The notes under the pieces: generated by a model | Databases searched by the model: none | Seen by the model: the letters and a program-made list of their open reading frames with translations, nothing else | Told to the model about the DNA's origin: nothing | Source of the DNA: Pavona decussata | Lineage: Eukaryota | Length of the DNA stretch: 64,000 nt | Direction of reading: 5' to 3' | Assembly: GCA_977016875.1 (NCBI GenBank) | Contig: CDRNST010000122.1 | Span: 372,001-436,000 of the forward strand | Part shown: in pieces, positions 13,935-25,799 of the stretch | How positions within the stretch are numbered: the first letter of the stretch is position 1 | Layout: each line of letters begins with the position of its first letter | Translations under genes and position numbers: made by a program

Positions 13935-16900
13935 CACGCACGGTGATGGCCTCGCATTAAACAGCGTCTGCAAGCACGCCAACGATATGAAACAGAAATT
14001 TTGAAGGTCAAAATTTGAGGTCAAAATTTTGAATTTTGGCCATTTTCCACGTAATTGGCAGCAAATTCAGCGGACAGTTACCCGTCTCTTGTTGGAATTC
14101 TCAGCCATGAGTAAGGAATTGCCTTATTTCTAACCCTTTCAGAAAATTTGAGAAGATTACTCTACGCATGCAGATGTTGGCGAATGTAAACCACCGAGAC
14201 CGTAATAAAATAACACCATGTTCAATTTCGGAAACATATATTTTGAGCTATAACGGTAATCAATTTTGCATGAGGAGATATATGGTAAGGCAGCTGGATT
14301 TAACTATCCACCAAAAACAATAGTGTATCTATGAACGGACTATCTTATGGTGTTTGCCCGCGAAAATTTGCTGTATGTTCAGTTAAAACAATATTAGCCC
14401 GAGGAAGGCAAGCTTCACTAAGAACATCAAATTTCCAAGGGAAAATATCAGACCGATAGACCCGAGAATTTGAAATCAACCTTTTCGTTAGTGAATTGAA
14501 AAAAAAAAAAAAAACAGTTTTGTGGACATGTTCTCTCCAAAAATACTGAGCCAATAGTGTATCTCCGTTGAGTGGATGAACACGTGATTAATTTTGACCA
14601 ATGAGAATCGGAGAACATTTAGCGGCGAAATGTAACATCAAAGCTACAAGGCAGTAGTGGGACTGTGGGTACGATAGGGCGAGTGAGTTTGAGAGGAAAA
14701 AAAAAGTGGCTCAACATATGGCAAGGTAGAGCTTATTTGTGAAACATTTTGCTTCAAAACTTACTTGTAGTTTTGTTTTGAACTGACAGGCGCGATTTTA
14801 AGTTGAGTCAAATGCAAAACGTCCGCGTGCCAAATGTACCAAATTCTCACAATCTATACCATCTTTAGACCCAAAAGTGACATACAACGAGTGGGGCGCG
14901 CACGGTAGGTTATTTGCAAATGAGAGGTCAAACCAAGAATGCAATACAAGAGAGAAAAAGTATAGTTCTCAGCAGGATTAGCTTCAAAAGATTGTCTTCA
15001 AGAATTCTTGATTAAAAGAAGATTCCTGTTCGGATGGTGATCCTATAGTTAAAATGGTATACCTGCGGGCTTTTTGTTAGTATGTAGAATTTTTCTGTGT
15101 CTAGTCATTAAAGTTGAGGGCAAAAAACAGGACAATTTTCAAATTAACCACTGTTTCCACTTTTTTTTTTTTTTCAGAGATGCTGCCTTTGTTTCCAAAC
15201 CTTAAAATGTTTTACCCCGGATATGCAAGTTATGGTGGAATGTTCAGCGACCCGCGCCTCATCAAAGAGCTCCACCTCTCCTACCACGCCAGCATAAACA
15301 GCGACACATGCATACTGCGCATGAGCACAGCACTAAATCATAACAGAGGCCACGAAGTGAGAGAATCTTACAACGGAAGCGCAAAAGGCTTTAAAGGCTT
15401 GTATTACTTCTATGAGCGAAAAGCGTTTCTGGATTACCTTAAAGAGGTGTATGGACGACCGCTCACCTCGAACACCACCGAAACTTTCAAATCTCAAGTA
15501 GGAATAATGTTTATTGATGCCACTGTCAGCAAGAACTCAAGCGATGTTTGCAAAGTCTTGCTCTGGAATGGCATGGGCTTTCATCAGGCACGAGGTTTTG
15601 TTCAAGACATTCAGTCTGTGAAAAAGTTTGAGTTATGGCCTACCACAACAGGTATAGTGGAATGTTAGAGTTACCCGTAAAATTGCAGTGAAACTCAAAG
15701 CGGACCCAACCAGTGTAAGGCCCAGAGCTCGCGTTTTCCTTGACCAAGTCGCCGTGGGTAGTTACGTGTGATTTTTTCTGGTCAGGCTGGCCCAGTTGAT
15801 ACAGATGTGTAAAATAATCTGCACTAGGTGCTTTGTTTACCTCTCTTGTCTGTCTTTGTCCGTCCCCGTGCAATGTTGAGGCCCTCAAAAGTGAGGCTTA
15901 GGGGACGTGTAATGATCTCAATGTCAACGATAAAGATTGTTGTTTTGTCGTGAGCCACCTTAAAAGGGCTCATTATCATTAAAGATCAATCGGTTTCCCT
16001 AAATTTTTCTTTGTTTTCTAATTTCCACAACTCGACTACATTTGTCAACCTTCCCTATAAGTATAAGTAAAATCACCAAAATATTTTACAGTGAAACGTT
16101 TGGTTTCTCCTCCATTTAGATGATTGTAAAGTCAATTTAAATATAAAGCAGTCCACCTGTTTTCCATCCAAGTCTAAAGTTGAGTTGAAATCTGGGAAGA
16201 AAATTCCCATGAGTGAGGTCGGCATTGGCGACTTAGTCAAAACATACTCTAAGAAGGGTGAGGTCATGTTCAGTCCCGTGGTTACATTCCTGGATCAAAT
16301 GCCTGATTACAAAGGTTAGTAACGAATTCTTCCACGATTTGCCTTTCATCGANNNNNNNNNNNNNNNNNNNNNNNNNNNNNNNNNNNNNNNNNNNNNNNN
16401 NNNNNNNNNNNNNNNNNNNNNNNNNNNNNNNNNNNNNNNNNNNNNNNNNNNNNNNNNNNNNNNNNNNNNNNNNNNNNNNNNNNNNNNNNNNNNNNNNNNN
16501 NNNNNNNNNNNNNNNNNNNNNNNNNNNNNNNNNNNNNNNNNNNNNNNNNNNNNNNNNNNNNNNNNNNNNNNNNNNNNNNNNNNNNNNNNNNNNNNNNNNN
16601 NNNNNNNNNNNNNNNNNNNNNNNNNNNNNNNNNNNNNNNNNCATTCCCTCCTTGATTGTCTTCCCTTCCCCCTCTCTCGCTTTATTCTTATGATTTCATC
16701 ATCTAACGTGTGCCCTTTCCCTTCCTACCTTCCCTCCAATAAACATATCATTGAAAGCAACCTTTATGAGAACCAACTTTATTTTTGCCTTCAGGTCACT
16801 ATTACACGATTACTACTGCGTGCAACTTTCAAATATCCCTAAGCGAAGCTCATCTTATTTTCAAGACAATTCCAATGCCCCATTTCACTAACTGCTCCGC

Positions 16901-17309
16901 CCATGCGTCTCAAGTCAGACCCGGTGACTTCATTCTGGTCCATACTCGGCGAGGACGCTATCCTGAATTGGTGACATCAGTCTCAATAGCTGAGATGCAG
17001 GGAGCCTTTGCACCTGTCACCGAAGAAGGTACCATGATAGTGGATGATGTTTGGGTGTCGTGTTATGCTGACATCGCGGATCATGATTTAGCTGATACAC
17101 TGATGACACCTTTGAAGAGGTTCTATGGCCTGGCCCCTCATGTGCTGGGGACCGGGGGCAAGTACCTGCATGGGTACATGAAAGGAGCCCTCCGACCCAT
17201 CGGTGTGAGGATCTTTGGCAAAGAGAAGTTTTATCAAAGTCCACAAAGGGAGGTTTTGAGGGAAGAAGAAACGTCCATTGAATCATTTTTCAAGAAGGAT
17301 AACAAGTGA
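13356..17309 (+). CDS. Secreted Tae4-like (T6SS amidase effector family 4, NlpC/P60-type) domain fused to a Hedgehog-type Hint + sterol-recognition region; 412 aa precursor
   Basis: Exons 13356-13410 (MKDVIVILLLLFIPVAST, signal peptide, donor gtaagt), 15178-15651, 16120-16314 and 16795-17309. All introns are GT-AG, phase 1; total 1239 nt = 412 aa + stop. Exon 2 has Tae4-like motifs LPLFPNLKMFYP, SDTCILRMSTALN, YLKEVYGRP, GIMFI, VLLWNG, FELWP. Exons 3-4 have Hint motifs T|CFPSKSKVELKSG..GDLV, TFLD, LSEAHLIF, GAFAPVTEEGTMIVDDVWVSCYA and an SRR-like tail HDLADTLMTPLKRFY..LHGY. Confidence 0.9.
16353..16641. other. Assembly gap (N run) in intron 3 of the Tae4-Hint gene
   Basis: Run of N. Flanking exons join in phase and the Hint sequence is continuous across the junction, so no missing exon is needed. 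Confidence 0.99.
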
Positions 17310-19305
17310 TTGTTATAGGTAGATTGCATTCGAAGCACTAGCCAAAGTTCGATTGTATAGTTAAAAAGAACACACCTTGAAGCTCATGGCATTATTAAAA
17401 ACAATCAGAAGGTCATAACCAAGTGTTATCAAAGTTTGGTCACACGTGCCAGCTGCAGGGAACTAAATGCCATAATTTTAGTTGACGCTATTTATTTTGT
17501 AAGAAGCTAACTTGTCATTTTACGTTGTTCGTTTTGACGATGGTTTAATCGTGACACTAAATGAAAAGCAAAGGGAACTTTGGAATCAGGTTTTTAGGGT
17601 GTCGCGTTGAGGGACAGAGCCTTGTGATAAAGCTTATTTTCACGATATCTCTTTGTATTAAGTGGTCAGTGTTCCCTGAATACGGGCCTAACTGTTGTAT
17701 AGAAGTAACCATGAAGTCTGACGTAGAGAATTACCAAACATAACGATGTTTTCGCAAGCACAACGTTAGTGCAAATCAATAGTCATTGTAACAGCGTACT
17801 GATCTAACGGTCACCTGTCAAAGCAGAGATTCAGCGCGGTCATGTTTCGACCCTGGTGCAGCCTTCAGACCTTGAAACGAACATATTGTTTGGCCTGCAA
17901 CAGGGTAAAAGCTGTGCCACACACTCTGCAAAGCTGAAAACACATCTCATCTGTCACTCCTGCGGAGTTTCGTAAACAAGACACTGCCTTATTTGTCTCG
18001 CTTCTCACAGTTTGCTTGAAACGGGGTTAAGCTAAATGATTGGGATTCAGGTTCATACAGTTTAACGATGTAGTTCATGTAAATTGTTTTTGACAAGTAC
18101 ATTTTGCCCTTTGTACAAACTGTAATTAGCAGTCGAACCTTTGTTAACTGGTTTTTAACAAGAGAAATAGAGAAGGAGAAGGGACCGATATTCACGGACA
18201 GCCTAAAGAACTGCTTACTTACTTACCATCAAAGGTCATGCAGAAGAGCAAAATTATCCTAGTGCTCAGTATTGCAGAAACCGCAGCTCAACTTAAGCAG
18301 TTTTTCGGTGGTGGTAATTTTTACTTGCAGTCTCCCTTGTTATGCATTTGTATAATTTTATTGTGTTTTGATGTCAAATGCCCCTAGCATGTAAAAAAAT
18401 GGCGGATCTTCTCACGGACTGCGAGGTCTGTTCTCGGAAGTTTTAATAACAATTTTTTTAATTAGCTGAAATAAGCCATTGGTTGATTATATGAGCAGCT
18501 ATTACTTACTATATATTAATAATATTAATGTTATCCTGGAACACGTCATGTTTTTTAAGCCGGATAACTTCGGTGTTCGTTTAAGACGACATCGGCATCG
18601 CAGCTTACAGTTGAAACTGAACTGTTGATAACATTGCGTCACTGAAGTCATAAACAATGAGCAGATTTTATTGACGTTTTCAGCGCAGTTGTTAACATTA
18701 AAGATTTGAAGAGAAAGTCTATACAGTAAACTTACTGCAACTAAGTCTGCATTCTTTCAAAGTTTTCTTTTGTGTGTGTGTGTGCAGTGCATCCCCTTTT
18801 TGAACACTTAGAGGGATTCGCGCCACACTACAATCAACTAATCGTTGGATACAAGGAAATGTAAAAAAATCTGAAGTTGTACTTATACCGGTATTTACAT
18901 AGAGTCTAAGCTTGAGATAGTTCCATGAATTGCTTTTACTTTAGGTTTTATTTGATTAAAAGTTCTTGTTAGCTGTCTGCTCGAAAATCATTTATTGACG
19001 TTTGGGAGTAAAATCTTTTAAGTGGCTTTATTGTATTTTGTATATAGTGTTTAATACGAATGGTTCCTTAAAATATCGCTGCATTTAAAAAATTCGCTCA
19101 ATGTTATACTGTATTCCTACACGGTCTCGCTGAAACAACCCCTGGTAAACAAACCGCGAAGTCAACAATATCTAACTTTTTACACGCAAAAAAATAACTC
19201 ATTTTGGACTAATTCTCCTCTTGTCAATTCTTAATCAACGCGACCTAATTTTTTATACAATAAAGAATTGAAAAATTGTCAAATACTTGTGCATTGTTCG
19301 TGGCT

Positions 19306-19351
19306 AGTCAGACGCGGCGTTTCGTCTCGGCCAAGAGACTCTTCAGAGACC
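19306..19351 (-). ncRNA. Minimal type I hammerhead-ribozyme-like motif, left copy
   Basis: Minus strand reads ggtct-CTGAAGA-gtctc-ttggcc-gagac-GAAA-cgccgcg-TC-tgact: CUGANGA and GAAA core, 5-bp stem II, short stem III, GUC triplet. One mismatch at the base of stem I. Confidence 0.6.
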
Positions 19352-19420
19352 TTTAGAATTTGTAGGCAAACTCGTTGAGCATCACGCTCAAAGTCCCGTT
19401 CGCAAATTCAAGATGTTAGC

Positions 19421-19469
19421 AGTCTGGTCTGAAGAGTCTCTTGGCCGAGACGAAACGCCGCGTCAGACT
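19421..19469 (+). ncRNA. Minimal type I hammerhead-ribozyme-like motif, right copy
   Basis: agtct(ggt)-CTGAAGA-gtctc-ttggcc-gagac-GAAA-cgccgcg-TC-agact; stem I agtct/agact, with a 3-nt insertion before the core. Confidence 0.6.
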
Positions 19470-20413
19470 AACCACGAACAATTCACAAGTACCTAACGTT
19501 TTACACGCAAAAATAACTCATTTTTGACTAATTCTTCTCTTTAACTCTGAGTCGGTTGGAAGTACGAAATGGAATGTAATAAGTCCTCGAAAATTTCAAC
19601 CCGCCAAAAGGCGAAAAAACAAAGTATGACCAAACGATACCAAGGACTGAAGCACTGTTCAGAAGTTTTCATTTGAAAGGCCACACTTAACGATTTTAAT
19701 GACCAACTCACAATTTAGAATATGACTGAGCATAATAAATAACACCACGCTTGGTCACACAAAAGGCGTTACTTGAAGGTTTTATCCATGACACACACTA
19801 AAAAAGTCTAGAAAGAGAAACATACGCTTATATAATGACACACTCAACGTTCCACTTCCATATCCTGCTTTTAAGGAAAGGGTTGAAAAAACTGGTCAAA
19901 ACTAAGGCGCTACTATTATATTTGTCAGGATTGGCCATCCAGTTCAATATTCTACTTTTTTGAATTGCTTCAAAAGGGCACAAGCTGCTCTCAGAATATG
20001 CCTTCTTAAGAATTCGAAGGATCAGGGACCAGTCAGTGTTCAAAGCCTGATTAAGCTAACCCTGGGTTAACGTGAACTTTGATTCGAGTTTATTTACTAG
20101 CCCATACGAATTCTTCCAAAACATTTTGGTCCTTCAGTTTTGCCTTAAACTTTTCTTTACCATCAGCTTAAAATTAGCCTTTAAAAACAGTCTTAACGAG
20201 CAAGATGAAAACCTCGGTTAAACTTTTAATCGTGGATTAGCGTTAATCGGCTTTCGAACAACCAGCCCCAGTTCTTCGAATTGGTATACACCATTTACGA
20301 ACCGACCGAGCTGGCCGGCCAGTCAGCTGACAAATGAAAAGCGACTAAAGTTACGGTGACCGTCATGTAAAAACACATTTAACTTTCGCTTGAGCCAGAA
20401 GTGTTCCAACACT

Positions 20414-23400
20414 TCATTCAACAAACTGTTCCTGAATCGAGTGCCACTGTTCAATTTCAAGATGCGGTTTTTCCATGACTTGTTCCCAGTGCTTGTATTC
20501 GCTCTCTACATTCACGCAATACCCAAGATGCACCGTGCCTATACTAACGTCACGCATTCTTCCGCGATGTTTCACCTTGAAAACAAGCGTGACTTGCGGT
20601 AGTTTGTCCGTGTGCATGTCAAACACAAACACCTCGCTAAAGGTCGGTATCAGTGTGTGGTGAGCAGTTTTGGTAGAGCGACTACTGAGCTTCCGTCCAC
20701 AGAAGGTCACATCAAGTTTTACAAAAGGATCTGTAAAGAAATAGAGTCGATATTACAGAAACTAATCTGTGCAGAATTTATGATCAATCAAATGGGCATA
20801 CGACAAAGTTCTGAGATTAGGGCGGCAAATACAGACGTATTTTGTAGGAATGAATTTTCACTCACATCTCTTTCTTTTTTAAATCTAAAATAGCGCGGTC
20901 CAAGTGAATGGAAACTTCTTCAAGTTATAGTATATAGTATACTATTTCATAATTACCCTTAGTTTGCAACAGTTTTTATTCACATGCATGTTTTGGTTTG
21001 TTTACGTGTTATTTGGTTTCGTTTTTAGTTTACTTTGCGCCATTTAGCAGTATCTGGTGTAAGAGTTGCAATTCAAATTTAATTACATCAAAACGTTGTT
21101 TAAACCTTCGGATATTCCTTGCGCTAGACCTTGCCTTGGGTCAGTTTGCACGGGCTTGTATTGCATGGTTAGTTAAAATGCCGTGGCTATGCCTCATCTT
21201 CGGAGATCCATGGGCAGATAATTGGGACGGGAGAAGATTTTTTACGGGCGGAGTCGATACCAAGCGAAGTTGTCCCGACTTCGCTCGTGAAATCTTCGTT
21301 CCGTCCCGACTATCTGCCCCTGGGTCTCCGAAGATGATTCTGCCTTAGCTCACACGCACTATAACTTGCGCTAATATATACGATTGATTTGTGCCAGTTC
21401 TCACGTACTGTGATGCACATGTGTTTGATTTATGTTAGATACTTACTTATGTTCCTTTGTGTTTACCATGCGCTATTAAAATGAGTCTTTAAGGTACTTA
21501 CTCATTCTCCCATGTGATATTGGCTGAAGACCTCTGGCGCCGCTTATTTTGACTGTAAGCTTTTGATCCATTGGGTTATGACACAAGGAAATTAACAGCT
21601 CGCCAAGTCCAGCAGAAGAATCCACCACCCCCTCCTACAAAACCAACACAATTAAGGTCATCATACCGGTTCAGTCCAAGCTCAAAACACTGTGATATTC
21701 CCATGTTGATTAATTGCATTCCCTTTGTTGCTAGTGTTGAAAATTTGGAGGCGCGGTATGAAAGTGGTAAGCGCTGAATGCTGTCTTGAGAAGTCAAAGG
21801 TGTATATATAAGTGGCTGCATACGGGCAAACGTTCCTCAGAGAAGAAAGTTGCATTTGACAAGCTTCATATTATTTTACGGAGGACAAAATTTTTCCACT
21901 CTTTCTTCGATTATTCTCCTCAGTAACAGAATTCATTCAGTAACAGAAGCTTTGCATGCGAAAACAAATATTTTTTCATTAAAAACAATATTTGTTTGAC
22001 GCATGTAAAGAGAGTTGAGGTATGTTTTTCATCTGATGTATAACACTTCATTTAGTGTTTATAACAATAACGTAGTTTAAATCCTGTTATTGTTGTTGAA
22101 ACAAATCGCCAAACAAAACTTTGACCAAGTCTTTGAACAACGCATTTCCAGAAGTTTAAATACCAAACACACTAAAGAGGCGAAGAAAATTGTAAACATC
22201 ACGTAGGCTAAAGAGCTAGTGTCTGGGTATCAGCCACTGTGACGCCTACAAAGTAGCCACTAAAATGCGAAACAATGCAACAGAAGCCTCAACTGTGAGT
22301 GCGCACTGAGTCAGAATGTAGGGTGAATAACGAAGGGTAGCCAAGCCAGTTTCATCCAACATCTTCAGTCCATGTTGACTTCCTTGCGTGTTTGGTAAGC
22401 AGAATAAAACATGGGTAATTCTTTTAAATATAGTTTTTTTTTACATTTATTTTGTTGGTAAATTCGTCTCAATTTGCGAGAAAACAGTTTTTTCTGAGTT
22501 TGTGAGGAATGGTATCGCCTACGTGACTGTGTCAACGTCGTTCATGTCTTCTTACTAATTTTTATTTCTTACTGTTTTCATTGAAATTACGAAAACAATG
22601 ACTTTTGAAACGATTTGGAAGCTTTACGTGCACCAAAATAGCGTCTCACAGGGCACACATAATTTAAAAGAACCACATTGCTAACTTTATTATAAGAAAC
22701 AATAAACTACGTAAGTATTTGTTGTTTCAGAGTAATTTTCCGTCAAAGCGGAAAAATTAAGGCAGTTTGCATACGTCACGTGTTCTATTGTTATGACGCA
22801 CTTAGTCGTCTCGAAAGTAAGTGATGTTTTGTATTTGAAGATTAACTCCTTCTGCTTCAATATCCCAAATTCCATGTCGCAAAATATCGAAAAAGTTCCA
22901 TTAGATCACAAACTGAATGGGGCCACATCTCGTGATTTCAGACAGACAAAGTACTGGGCCAGTATCGCATTTAATGAATCGGGCCAGGGGGCTAACTGTA
23001 TGAAAATAATGAACTATAAATCCCCCCTTGAAGAACTTTTTAAATATGCCCTAAAATAGTACGTGTAGCTAGCGGTATTTTTTGGCGAAAAATTTTTGAC
23101 GTATGGGAAGTCAAATAATTGACAGCAGAAACGCGCTTGCGAGCGGCGAGGCAGCGAAAGAAAATTAAATCTGCCGCCAAAGTATTTGCCACAACTAGCT
23201 ATCACACCACCGTCCACGACTGTACAAAGGCTAGTTCTCGAATAAAGACACAGTTCTCTTTTTTAAATAACGGTGTTATCTATAACCATAGGTGTTGTGA
23301 AGGAAGATGAAACTACAAATGAAAAGGGAAAAACATTAAAATATTCCGCTTGTGGAGCCGACAGTGTGACCCCGAAGTTGTTACTGCGCAATGAACCATC

Positions 23401-24710
23401 AAACTTTTTGTTCAACTTTTATTTGTTTGTAAAAGATGGAACGAGGAAAATAGCGAGTGTTGTGCATTCCCGGGTCGTTACTTTAATACACTTAAAAATA
23501 TAATTAAAATTTGCCCTATTACGATATCTGGTTTCCGAAATACTTAAAGTTCTCGAGGTTGCAAAGTTTGCGTAAACTTTCTCAACATTTGCATTTTCTG
23601 ACATTTCGCGATATTCACTGGATGCTTCACTAGTCACGCTATAAAACTAAACATTAGAAAATACGTACCTCGCTGCCGTCTTCGCTTTCTTCTAATTCAA
23701 CAGGAACTAGAGGAAGAGTTTGTCCTGTTAGCTTGTTCGGTGGTAGTTCTTTGAGAGAATACTCCACTTCTCCAATTAGAGTCTTAGTTTGTTCATCAAA
23801 TAACTGAAAGTGTAACACACTTGCATGGAGTTTCCCTGAGATGATGTTATGCACCTCCAGTTTTTCATTGAACTGCGGATCGTTTGATTTGCTCGCCGGT
23901 CGAGTCTTCTGTTCCCATGTTTGACTTCCTTCAAAAGTTAACGATACCACCACTAAAACTTCAGGCGAAATATTAGCTTCGGGACTCGCGATTTTGATCC
24001 CGCGGGTGACATAAATCTGAAGCAAGCGAAATGATTGATCATAATAAAGGGAAAACTCTAATTTGCCCAGATCACTGTCGGGTTTTTTCTTGTGAACTGC
24101 CACTTTCCTATGCTGCATAGCAGGCGATGCTTGAGCTGTAATGACGCCGTTTTTCTTCTTCGGGGGCGAATTTTTGCGCGGTGTTTGTGGCGATTTAGAG
24201 ACTAGCTGTGGCGAAGTCATGGAGCCAGTGTTGATGGCATCGAGTTTAATGCCCCCTCTCTCTTCTGCCTTTCTGCGCACATCAACGCTATGAACGGTTG
24301 GTGATAGGTGAATTCGCCCATTACGGTACTGTTCCTTCTTAATACTATCCACTCGTTCTATAACTCCGATAGGCTGCTGGAGTTGGACGGGCACGGCGTG
24401 CGGAATATAAAACGAAGGAATGTCTTGCTTAACTATCGCACGAGAACGAAACGTCGGATCGGTAGTCAGTTGAGAATATTTATATTTTTCACCCAAGGAT
24501 CGCTGACGGAGGTACTGCACCAGGAGATAGACTGCCACAACGACGATTCCTGTAACCAGACCCAGTCCAACAGCCAAGACAACTAAAAATAAAATAACGG
24601 AGTTCAAAACAGTTAAAGGGCAGCTACGATCTATTGTAAATATTGTCACTTGAGATTTCATATCATGATGAGATGAAGGAATTAAGATTTTTGTTACCTT
24701 GATTAACCAT
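20414..24710 (-). CDS. Synaptotagmin-like protein (N-terminal TM, linker, C2A, C2B), likely Ca2+-independent; 458 aa
   Basis: Exons 24710-24698 (MVNQ), 24582-23669, 21634-21502, 20730-20414; GT-AG, in phase, 1377 nt. TM VVLAVGLGLVTGIVVVAVYLLV; C2A LGKLEFSLYYDQ..DPQFNE; C2B LGELLISLCHNP..NPFVKLDV..PTFSEVFVF; C-terminal WHSI (WHxL-like). The canonical Ca-binding aspartates are not evident. Confidence 0.9.
21195..21336. mobile_element. Palindromic MITE in an intron
   Basis: catcttcggagatccatgggcagataattgggacgg ... ccgtcccgactatctgcccctgggtctccgaagatg inverted arms; related fragment near 56250-56290. Confidence 0.7.
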
Positions 24711-25653
24711 TTAGGACGCTTCAATCGCAACGAGAAAACCAGAATCGCACACATTTACATCCCCCTGCATGGCTTATCAAAGCAGAATTATTTTTCCCCT
24801 ATTCCGGCTATGAAAGGTTTCGAAACAATGTCGTCACATTTTCTTTTTCGGCAATATTGGAGTGTCCGCATGGCAAGTGTTGGGGTACAAATAGAGTTCC
24901 TTTCCCGTTTTATCATGTTCCTTGGCATGGTTGTCATGACTTCCGGTGAAGGCAACCAATAAAATGGCTTAAAAGACCGTCAATATCATTGGTCACGCAA
25001 GCGGTCACCGGAAGTAACGTTTCTAATGCAAATTAATATCAACCCCGACCACTGAATTAATGAACATGAATGAAATATATTGAGAACCTTTCTGAAGTGT
25101 TTCAGCTTCATCAGTGATATCGTAATGTGAAAAGCCGGCAACCTTAAAGTTAACTTTACATTTAGCTTAGAAATATTGGCTGACGCACACCAATTAATAA
25201 CCCAATCATCGACAAAATTAAAAATCCCTTCGAAAGCCAAGAGTGTTTATGAACTAACAGTTCGCCTTTTATAATTAATTCTTACTATTTTGACAAGTCT
25301 TACTTTCTATTCCTAATATAGCAGTTTCATTGTCCCAACATTCGTAAAGCGGATATTTCGACAATTTTGTGGTCAAGTTCGGCTTGAGGTCTGATGAACC
25401 GCTTTGGAGTTTCTTCCGAGCTCAAGTTGTTTGCCACGCAAAGCTATACTTTCCACTTCTCTCGTGACAACAACGCACAATTTTCCTTTTGCACTGGTTG
25501 GTTGACTACATCAGTGTTTGGTTTGCCTATCCAGCTTGCTCCCCGTGTTGACAACGGGGGGTGGGGGAGGAGGTGGTGTTCGGCCCCAATGGTTATGACG
25601 TACAGTGTTTCGTCTTTGAGATCTAAGAACGGGTATCAATTTAAATATAACTA

Positions 25654-25799
25654 ATAGAGTGTTTTCACATGACGTCACAACGGCCACGTTGGTGTCCCAA
25701 ACTAAACCTCTGTGTATTTAACTCTATTTTTAATCAAATCCTTTCTTTTGTTTCAGTAAACCAATATGGCCAGAAGTCACGTGAATGAAAACGCTCTAT
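25654..25799. mobile_element. Small MITE
   Basis: TIRs atagagtgttttcac ... gaaaacgctctat with internal gacgtcac/gtcacgtg. Confidence 0.6.

Noticed and set aside
15114-15177. ORF-track N-terminus MRAKNRTIF..FFFF of the Tae4-like ORF
   Set aside because: This is the intron polypyrimidine tract; the in-phase signal-peptide exon is at 13356-13410.
24711-24754. ORF-track start MCAILVF.. for the synaptotagmin-like gene
   Set aside because: A micro-exon (24710-24698) with a good donor and a strong acceptor at 24583-24584 gives a more typical N-terminus; the extension reads through intron and UTR.
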